Shown piece after piece: positions 57,188 through 64,000 of a stretch of DNA of 64,000 nucleotides. Within the stretch, counting starts at the first letter, position 1, and each line of letters starts with the position of its first letter. The stretch lies in the NCBI GenBank assembly GCA_947476185.1, contig CANJPX010000003.1:8707-72706 (forward strand). Reading direction: 5' to 3'. A program made the position numbers and the translations under genes. Source of the DNA: Bacteroidota bacterium. Lineage in GTDB: Bacteria > Bacteroidota > Bacteroidia > 2-12-FULL-35-15. The notes under the pieces were generated by a model. That model saw nothing but the letters and a program-made list of their open reading frames with translations. It was not told the DNA's origin and did not search any database.

Positions 57188-59077
57188 CTATTGAGGCGGC
57201 AGGGCTTTAATACCGTCTTGTGCCTGAAGATGACCTGGTTTTAGTTGCAGCGTTTTGTCCCAAGCGATTCTTGCTTTTTTAAAATCTTTAATTGTAAAAC
57301 TTGCACCGCCTATGTTATACCAATACTCCGCATTAGTAGAATCTATGCTCACCGCTTTTTCCATCAGTTTTATCGCTTCCGGAATATTCTTCCCTCCTAT
57401 AGACATCCCTTGATTAAAATAGGTTGCACCAAGCAGATCGAAATTACGTTTTATTAAAGGGTTACTTGGATAAATTTCTTTTGCTTTGTCCCAATACGCA
57501 TTCGCCTTTTCGTAATCCTTTAACTTGAAATAAGCGACACCTAAATTCAAATAACCATTCACATATTTATCATGAACGCTCACAGACCTATTCAGATAAA
57601 ATATTCCTTTATTGATCAATTCTAGTTCGCGTGCTTTATTCTCGGGCTTTTCCGACATATCAATAAAAGCTTTTCCTGCATTTCCGTTTACCAAAGCGCT
57701 ATTTGGAACCGTTTTAGCATCGGCAATAAATAATATCTGGTCGTTTTTCCATTCCGCATTTCGCTGTATCGTTTTTGCTCCACACCATATAACTAAAAGA
57801 CATCCAAAAGATACAGCAACAATTTTTTTTGTTTGTGCTGAAAACAGCTTTTTTAATATCAGCGAAATAATAACGGCAAGGATTATCGCGAAACCAAATG
57901 AAGAGTGGTATACCATCCTTTCGCCCATTGTTGCTCCAACATTGAATATTAAGTTGGAGATAAGGAGCAGGTGCACCAAATAAAAAGCAATGGCAAACGA
58001 AAGAATGTTTCTTTTAAAAAATAAAACAACGGCAGCAACACACATTGAAATATGGATAAGAATAGAAGCCCAGACAATTCCATAACTAAAATTTACAAAA
58101 GGTATTGTGCTGTATGAGTAGTCGCTTGAAAGCGGGGTTGGATAAAAAAGCATTTTCAAATAGCGCAAAAGCACTTCTATTTTTGTTGCAAGTTTTTCCG
58201 GTTGAGTGGCATATATATACGGATTATTAAGAACATCAGGGTTTTCAAATTTTGCACCTGCACCAACAATTGAAAAACGTATTCCCACATATAAAACAGC
58301 CACAATGGCAAATGGTATCATCAATTGTATAATGCTTGAAAAACGCTCTTTCAAAATAATATACAACAACATAGGAATCAACACCAAAAGTGTGATCGCA
58401 TATTCTTTCGAAAGCAAGGCTAAAAAATAAAACAAAAGCCCAAATAACAGTTGTTTCGTATTTTTTGATTCCCGATATCGAAAAACGGCAATGAAAGTCA
58501 GAATGATAAATAAGAAGGACAGAATCTCATCTCTACTTTTTACATTCGCAACAACCTCGGTATGCATCGGATGAATTAAAAAGATTAGGCAGGCAATAAA
58601 TGCAGTAAGAGGATCTTCTTTAAAAATATAATTTTTTAAGAAGTAAAGTAAAACAACAATAGATAAAAGGTAATACACCACATTCATAAAATGCCTGACA
58701 AATGCCGCATCATCAGGAGGTTTTATTGCGGCATTGCTACCGAATAATTGCTGTTCAATTGCAAAGGTAACAACAGAAAGTGGCCGGAAGCGGCCTCCTG
58801 ATAATTGTTGTTTTGCGCCCATATGTCTGTAAAAACTATCATATGCATCTGTGCTAAGTATTTTCGGAATACCGCGGAAACCTTGCTGAACATAGTCGTT
58901 ATTCTGAATAACAATTCCGTCATCCAAAGCATATTCATTAACTAATGTGTTAGCGTAAAACAAAAAACCAATAAACACAAGAATGAATGCTTGTGTCCTA
59001 AAATCATTTAACCCCCATGTTGTGGATTTCTCAAGAGGCAATGATCTTGCCGTCTTTTTCTCTTTTTGTCTAGCCAT
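57188..59077 (-). CDS. TMTC-like GT-C fold membrane glycosyltransferase with C-terminal TPR repeats (DUF1736-type)
   Basis: 629 aa with about 10 TM segments. The first loop, NEYALDDGIVIQNNDYV....SGGRFRPLSVVTFAIE, resembles the DD..(I/V)..N ... YRPL..(L/T)F pattern of TMTC/PMT-type transferases. The C-terminal ~170 aa are TPR units (YLNLGVAYFKLKDYEKANAYWDKA, YWYNIGGASFTIKDFKKARIAWDKT). Confidence 0.65.
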   Translation of the reverse strand: MARQKEKKTARSLPLEKSTTWGLNDFRTQAFILVFIGFLFYANTLVNEYALDDGIVIQNNDYVQQGFRGIPKILSTDAYDSFYRHMGAKQQLSGGRFRPLSVVTFAIEQQLFGSNAAIKPPDDAAFVRHFMNVVYYLLSIVVLLYFLKNYIFKEDPLTAFIACLIFLIHPMHTEVVANVKSRDEILSFLFIILTFIAVFRYRESKNTKQLLFGLLFYFLALLSKEYAITLLVLIPMLLYIILKERFSSIIQLMIPFAIVAVLYVGIRFSIVGAGAKFENPDVLNNPYIYATQPEKLATKIEVLLRYLKMLFYPTPLSSDYSYSTIPFVNFSYGIVWASILIHISMCVAAVVLFFKRNILSFAIAFYLVHLLLISNLIFNVGATMGERMVYHSSFGFAIILAVIISLILKKLFSAQTKKIVAVSFGCLLVIWCGAKTIQRNAEWKNDQILFIADAKTVPNSALVNGNAGKAFIDMSEKPENKARELELINKGIFYLNRSVSVHDKYVNGYLNLGVAYFKLKDYEKANAYWDKAKEIYPSNPLIKRNFDLLGATYFNQGMSIGGKNIPEAIKLMEKAVSIDSTNAEYWYNIGGASFTIKDFKKARIAWDKTLQLKPGHLQAQDGIKALPPQ

Positions 59078-59150
59078 TTTCTTTGGTACAATTTCTGTGG
59101 CTGAATGTGCCTTGTTTATTTATTTTATTTGCACCTTTGTTTTGTTGATA

Positions 59151-59158
59151 CAAAACTA
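59151..59158 (-). promoter_or_regulatory. candidate -7 promoter box (TAGTTTTG) for the TMTC-like gene
   Basis: Exact TAnnTTTG match on the minus strand, 74 nt upstream of the ATG at 59077. Confidence 0.3.
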
Positions 59159-59194
59159 TTCTAAAGCAGTAAATGTAATTAATTATCATTTTTC

Positions 59195-62100
59195 TTGAAA
59201 AATATTTTTAAAAATAAATATTTCCTTTTAGTTCTGGCTCTAGCATTTTTCGCTGCCGGGACCCTGCTTTATTATACCTATTCGGGGGGGGCTGAACCGA
59301 CAATAAGCGGCTTCGAAAGTGTTTTACATAAAAAAGAAAAACGCCTGAATGAAGAAATGTTGTCTTTGGCTAAGCGGGCAGAATCGGAAAACTATAATGA
59401 CCTTTTCTCGAAAAATCCTTCTTATTATAATTTATTGATGCAGGAAGAGGGGATTGCGCTTCTCATTTATGAAAACGACACCTTAAAGTTTTGGAGTGAC
59501 AATTCTATTGCTGTTGAAAATTGGGTAAAAGAGATTTGCCTCGATTCAAAAATGGCCAAGCTTCACAATGGGTGGTTCGAGGTTGTTCGACCGCACACCA
59601 ACGCTACAACAACAAAAGCAATCGTTGGGTTGGTTCTGGTAAAAAACGAATACCCTTATCAAAATAAATACCTGGTCAATGAGTTTCAAAAAGATTTTGC
59701 AGTTCCTGCAGAAACAAAACTGATCACCGATAACCCGAATGCAACAAACGGAGTAAAAAATTACAAGGGCGAATACCTGTTCTCGCTTGAATTTGATCCG
59801 GCAAACAACTCTATTTCACTTGTTTCCTATGTTTCAGTTTTTCTGAACCTTTTGGCTTTTATTTTTCTGATCCTCTTTTTCAAGGCTTTTTGCTCCAGCT
59901 TTTTCATGCCATATAGTAAAAATTTTTCTACACTGGCATTCGTGCTTCTGGCTGTTTCTGTCCGTTATTTTTTAATCAAATTCAGTTTCCCGGAAAGTTT
60001 TTATTCCTTCGATCTGTTCGGTCCTAAAATTTTTGCAAACGCCAGCTCTGTATGGTTAACATCGTTGGGCGACCTATTAATAAATGTCGTCTTACTATTT
60101 TATTTAACATTTGTTTTTTTAAACAACCTTGAATTTGATGTGCTTGTAAGTCAATTAAAAAAAATGAACAAGCTCGTTATTTCTTTTTCATTCTTTCTTG
60201 CTTTCTTTTGGTTTTCGTGGGCCTTAAACGTTTTATTCATCGGATTAATAAAGAACTCAAATATTCCATTCGGCATAAACAATCTCTTTACTCTCAACCA
60301 ATATAGTTATGTTGGTATCATCATTATAGGGCTGCTTCTCTTCATTTATTTTTTACTTGCAGATAAAATGGTTTCTGTATTAAAGCTGTTAAAACTCAAT
60401 AACAATCAATATGCTTTTGTATTCATCATTTCTGCGGCAATCCACACAATTATTTCACATTTTCTCGGAACGCTTGATCTGATCGTAATTTTCTGGCCTT
60501 TCCTCTTGGTCCTTTCAATAGCAATCATCAAGAAGAAACAAACTATCTATCCATTTTCAAGCATCATATTCCTGGTGTTTCTTTTCTCTCTTTATGCTGT
60601 GCACGTTTTTATAAAACACGCTGCGATCAAAGAAGTAGAGAGTCGAAAAATTTATGCAGAAAAACTTGCTGCAGAACAAGATCCTGTTGCAGAACTTTTG
60701 TTTCAGGATGTAGACAAAAAACTTCGTGCCGATACTATTCTTCTTTCGTTGATCAGTGGATTTGAAAAATACCCCGAAGAATTTGAGAAACGCATAAAAC
60801 AGCAATATTTCAGTGGTTTCTGGGAAAAATATGATGTCCGGGTGGCCTTATTTGACAGCGCTTGTGCACCTGTCATCCGTTCACAAAACCCGGTTTTCGA
60901 CAACAACTTTTATTTTGATGAGTTAATTGAAAAGAAAGGTCAAAAAACTTCTTTTGCGGGATTTTATTTCATCAATAATTCTTCGGGGAAAATTAGTTAT
61001 CTGGCAAAAATACCGTTGTATAAACATCCACGAGAAGATGCTAAATATGGAACAATTTACATTGAATTGGATGCAAAATTTATTTCTGATGAAGTTGGTT
61101 TTCCCGAATTGCTTCTCGACAGAAACATCGGCTTATCTCAAGAGTTGAGCAATTATTCATATGCAAAATACAAACACAATCAATTATTAAATCAATATGG
61201 AAAATATTCCTATAGCTTAAATGCCGATGATTTTAAATTCACAAAAACTGAATTTGACTTTCAAAATAAAGAAGAATTCAACCATTTGTTATATCGGCCA
61301 AACTCGGAAACCCTCATTGTTTTGAGCAAAAGAAATGACGGTTTGATCGGAAAGATCACCACTTTCTCCTACCTGTTCGCATTTTTTAGCTTGCTTTTAT
61401 TGTCTATCCTGGTATTCCGGCAGATCTCTTTAGGGCAACTATTCGAACATTTTAGTTTTAAATACCGAATACAGGTCTTGCTTGTTTTAATTGTCCTTAT
61501 TTCACTGGCATTATTTGGTGGTGGCACCATCTATTATATCAAACAACAATTTGAGGTAAAGAATAAAGAAAATATCAGTGAAAAAATTCATTCTGTTCAA
61601 ATTGATGTCGAAGGAAAGTTGTCAGCCGAAAACAGTTTCGGGAAAGGCCTGACGGAATACGTTTCGTTTATTTTGAAAAAATCTTCTTCTGTTTTTTTTA
61701 CTGACATCAATTTTTACGATGTGCAAGGAAACCTTTATGCTTCATCTCGTTCCAAAGTTTTTGACGAGGGCTTAACCTCCAAAAAAATGAATCCGGAGGC
61801 CTTTTTGCAAATTGCAATTTTAGGAAAAACAGAGTTCATTCATGATGAACGAATTGGAAAGTTGGAATATTTATCGGCCTATATTCCATTTAAAAACAAA
61901 GACGGTAAACTGCTTGCCTACCTCAATTTACCATACTTTGCCAAGCAAAGCGAATTAGAAAAAGAGATTTCCGGATTCTTGGTTGCCCTGATAAACATTT
62001 ATGTTTTACTGTTTGCATTATCCATCGTTACCGCAATATTCATATCGAATTACGTAACGAAACCATTAAAATTAATTCAAGATAAACTCAGTAAAATAAA

Positions 62101-62902
62101 GTTGGGGAAAACAAATGAACCTATCGATTGGAAAGAAAATGACGAGATTGGAAATCTTGTCAGCGAATACAACAGAATGATTGCAGAACTTTCGAAAAGC
62201 GCTGATCTGCTGGCAAAATCTGAGCGCGAGAGCGCCTGGAGAGAAATGGCAAAACAGGTTGCCCACGAAATCAAGAACCCGCTAACCCCTATGAAATTAA
62301 GTGTCCAGCACTTACAACGGACATGGAAAGACGGTGCACCGGATATGGACCAAAAGATGGAGCGGTTAACAAAAACCATCATTGAACAAATTGACACGTT
62401 GTCGAATATTGCAACCGAATTTTCAAATTTTGCAAAGATGCCAAAGGCTAATTTGGAGAAAATAAATATCAAAGAGATCATTGTAAATACGATTGCCTTA
62501 TTTCATGATTCGGAAAACCTTACAATCACTTTTGAAACCGAAATTTCAACAGAGGCCTTTGTTTTCGCAGACAAAGAACAGTTGTTACGGGTGTTCAACA
62601 ACCTTATTAAAAATGCCGTACAAGCCATCCCGGAAGAAAAAAGGGGAGAAATAACCGTTTCATTAAAAAGAGAAAAACAACAGTTCCTGATCTCTGTATC
62701 CGACAATGGAAATGGAATAGATGACGATGTTTTTGATAAAATATTTGTACCAAATTTTACTACAAAAACGGGAGGAATGGGCCTTGGTTTAGCAATGGTA
62801 AAAAACATTGTAGAAACAGCCAACGGAAGGATATGGTTTGAAACCAAATCAGGAAAAGGAACAATATTTTATCTAACCCTACCCTGCTTTGTGGAGGAAT
62901 AA
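59195..62902 (+). CDS. large polytopic NtrY-like sensor histidine kinase
   Basis: 1235 aa with several TM clusters and a large extracytoplasmic region. It has a HAMP-like segment after the last TM, H-box WREMAKQVAHEIKNPLTPM (NtrY-like), N-box NLIKNAVQA, G1 SDNGNGI and G2 GGMGLGLAMV. Only a TTG start is available near the 5' end, so the start is uncertain. Confidence 0.85.
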   Translation: MKNIFKNKYFLLVLALAFFAAGTLLYYTYSGGAEPTISGFESVLHKKEKRLNEEMLSLAKRAESENYNDLFSKNPSYYNLLMQEEGIALLIYENDTLKFWSDNSIAVENWVKEICLDSKMAKLHNGWFEVVRPHTNATTTKAIVGLVLVKNEYPYQNKYLVNEFQKDFAVPAETKLITDNPNATNGVKNYKGEYLFSLEFDPANNSISLVSYVSVFLNLLAFIFLILFFKAFCSSFFMPYSKNFSTLAFVLLAVSVRYFLIKFSFPESFYSFDLFGPKIFANASSVWLTSLGDLLINVVLLFYLTFVFLNNLEFDVLVSQLKKMNKLVISFSFFLAFFWFSWALNVLFIGLIKNSNIPFGINNLFTLNQYSYVGIIIIGLLLFIYFLLADKMVSVLKLLKLNNNQYAFVFIISAAIHTIISHFLGTLDLIVIFWPFLLVLSIAIIKKKQTIYPFSSIIFLVFLFSLYAVHVFIKHAAIKEVESRKIYAEKLAAEQDPVAELLFQDVDKKLRADTILLSLISGFEKYPEEFEKRIKQQYFSGFWEKYDVRVALFDSACAPVIRSQNPVFDNNFYFDELIEKKGQKTSFAGFYFINNSSGKISYLAKIPLYKHPREDAKYGTIYIELDAKFISDEVGFPELLLDRNIGLSQELSNYSYAKYKHNQLLNQYGKYSYSLNADDFKFTKTEFDFQNKEEFNHLLYRPNSETLIVLSKRNDGLIGKITTFSYLFAFFSLLLLSILVFRQISLGQLFEHFSFKYRIQVLLVLIVLISLALFGGGTIYYIKQQFEVKNKENISEKIHSVQIDVEGKLSAENSFGKGLTEYVSFILKKSSSVFFTDINFYDVQGNLYASSRSKVFDEGLTSKKMNPEAFLQIAILGKTEFIHDERIGKLEYLSAYIPFKNKDGKLLAYLNLPYFAKQSELEKEISGFLVALINIYVLLFALSIVTAIFISNYVTKPLKLIQDKLSKIKLGKTNEPIDWKENDEIGNLVSEYNRMIAELSKSADLLAKSERESAWREMAKQVAHEIKNPLTPMKLSVQHLQRTWKDGAPDMDQKMERLTKTIIEQIDTLSNIATEFSNFAKMPKANLEKINIKEIIVNTIALFHDSENLTITFETEISTEAFVFADKEQLLRVFNNLIKNAVQAIPEEKRGEITVSLKREKQQFLISVSDNGNGIDDDVFDKIFVPNFTTKTGGMGLGLAMVKNIVETANGRIWFETKSGKGTIFYLTLPCFVEE

Positions 62903-62982
62903 AAGGGATTCGTGATATGCGAAAAAATAGATTTCCTAACCAATACATTTCGTATATTCGTAACCAATAATTTGTTGTAATT

Positions 62983-63390
62983 ATGAAAAGACCAATACGT
63001 ATCTTAGTTGCTAAAGTTGGGCTGGACGGGCATGATCGGGGGGCAAAGGTTATCGCTTCTTTTTTGCGGGACGCAGGAATGGAAGTGATCTACACCGGAC
63101 TTCGTCAGACTCCTGAAATGGTTGTAAATGCAGCTCTACAGGAAGATGTGGATGCTATTGGCATCAGCATTTTATCCGGAGCCCACAACACCGTATTTCC
63201 AAAGGTTATGTCGTTAATGAAGGAAAAGGGCTTAAATGATGTCTTATTGACCGGTGGTGGAATTATTCCTGATAAAGATATTCATAAACTGAACAAGCTT
63301 GGTGTTGGTAAACTTTTTCCTCCGGGCACAGACACGAAAGAGATTGTTGAATACATCACAAATTATGTTAAGGAAAAAAGAAACTTTTAA
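62983..63390 (+). CDS. stand-alone cobalamin (B12)-binding domain protein, methylmalonyl-CoA-mutase C-terminal type
   Basis: 135 aa. [21 protein letters not shown] contains the DxHxxG base-off/His-on motif. SILSGAH and LTGGG are the other Rossmann-like B12-binding blocks. Confidence 0.85.
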   Translation: MKRPIRILVAKVGLDGHDRGAKVIASFLRDAGMEVIYTGLRQTPEMVVNAALQEDVDAIGISILSGAHNTVFPKVMSLMKEKGLNDVLLTGGGIIPDKDIHKLNKLGVGKLFPPGTDTKEIVEYITNYVKEKRNF

Positions 63391-63400
63391 TTCACCCGTT

Positions 63401-64000
63401 ATGACATTTGAAAACCTATTAACAGCTAGCGAAAACAATGTTTTTATAATTACTATCAATCGTCCTGATAAACTAAATGCATTGAATAAAAAAACAATTG
63501 AAGAGCTTAGTCAAGCGCTTCTTTTTGCAGAAGGTGATATTAACATTCGTGCTATCGTTTTAACAGGGTCAGGGCAAAAAGCATTTGTTGCGGGAGCCGA
63601 TATTTCAGAATTTGCAAACTTCAGTATCGAACAGGGAAAAGCGTTAAGTGCTGAAGGACATGACAAACTTTTTAATTTGGTCCAAAACCTAAAAACACCT
63701 GTTATTGCTGCTATTAATGGATTTGCTCTTGGCGGAGGGCTGGAGTTAGCGATGAGCTGTCACATTCGCGTTGCTTCTGATAATGCTAAAATGGGGTTGC
63801 CGGAAGTGTCGCTAGGTGTTATTCCCGGCTATGGAGGAACACAGCGACTTGCACAACTTGTTGGAAAAGGAAAAGCACTAGAAATGATCATGACTGCCGA
63901 TATGATTTCAGCAGCTGATGCATTGACTTGGGGCTTGGTGAATTATGTAACAACACCAGAAACATTGCTCGCAAAATGCAATGAACTAGCCGTAAAAATA
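63401..64000 (+). CDS. enoyl-CoA hydratase/isomerase (crotonase) family protein, 5' part (runs off right edge)
   Basis: Not in the ORF track because it has no stop. From ATG at 63401 it reads MTFENLLTASENNVFIITINRPDKLNALN ... VAGADISEF ... INGFALGGGLELAMSCHIRVAS ... and stays open for 200 codons to the window end. The oxyanion-hole motifs of the crotonase fold are present. Confidence 0.85.
   Translation, partial: MTFENLLTASENNVFIITINRPDKLNALNKKTIEELSQALLFAEGDINIRAIVLTGSGQKAFVAGADISEFANFSIEQGKALSAEGHDKLFNLVQNLKTPVIAAINGFALGGGLELAMSCHIRVASDNAKMGLPEVSLGVIPGYGGTQRLAQLVGKGKALEMIMTADMISAADALTWGLVNYVTTPETLLAKCNELAVKI

Noticed and set aside
62903-62982. Possible cobalamin riboswitch upstream of the B12-binding-domain gene.
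   Set aside because: The spacer is only 80 bp and AT-rich, with no B12-box-like GC-rich core or multi-stem potential. That is too short for the roughly 200-nt riboswitch.
1-64000. Mobile elements, prophage, defence islands, and tRNA/rRNA genes.
   Set aside because: I recognised no transposase, integrase, recombinase, phage structural, restriction-modification or cas-like ORFs in any frame. I saw no cloverleaf-like or rRNA-like segments. The gene content is core metabolism plus T9SS cargo and regulators.

Overview
This is a 64-kb, AT-rich segment (mid-30s % GC by eye, not computed) that reads as a Bacteroidota chromosome. Support: T9SS type A and type B C-terminal sorting domains, a PorP/SprF gene, TAnnTTTG promoter boxes, and the motifs of the core genes.

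Gene content, left to right:
- A partial exbB-like gene, two tandem DedA paralogues and a DAACS symporter.
- A complete 14-gene NADH:quinone oxidoreductase operon, nuoA-N, on the minus strand (16815 down to 3432). It has a short 324-aa NuoG and several hairpin- or motif-bearing spacers.
- A 2257-aa T9SS type A surface protein carrying eight ~243-bp tandem coding repeats.
- A PIN-PhoH ATPase, a beta-propeller T9SS cargo, a tiny polybasic secreted protein and a secreted NucA-type nuclease.
- A sixA / H1-like / ppk1 / ppx polyphosphate cluster.
- Two giant T9SS type B ('gliding motility C-terminal domain') proteins, preceded by an ECF sigma factor and an anti-sigma-like membrane protein.
- RNase R.
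- A MORN-protein / multi-PAS histidine kinase / LytTR regulator operon.
- A same-strand block of TMTC-like GT-C transferase, type B cargo, PorP/SprF and OmpA-TPR.
- An NtrY-like sensor kinase, a stand-alone B12-binding domain protein and a partial crotonase.

I found no rRNA, tRNA, CRISPR array, transposase, integrase or prophage genes. About 20 of the 64 kb encodes T9SS cargo.

Best candidate for something undescribed: the sigma / anti-sigma-like pair at 40017..41506. Its single-pass membrane partner ends in a T9SS type B sorting domain, which suggests a secretion-coupled (FlgM-like) checkpoint for the adjacent adhesin genes.

Other items worth a second look:
- The TMTC-like glycosyltransferase linked to an adhesin/SprF/OmpA module.
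- The lysine-rich H1-like gene embedded in the polyphosphate operon.
- Two G8/C8 homopolymer tracts inside an adhesin gene and a sensor kinase gene.
- Short motif families that recur in spacers.

All family calls come from motif recognition by eye. No searches were run.
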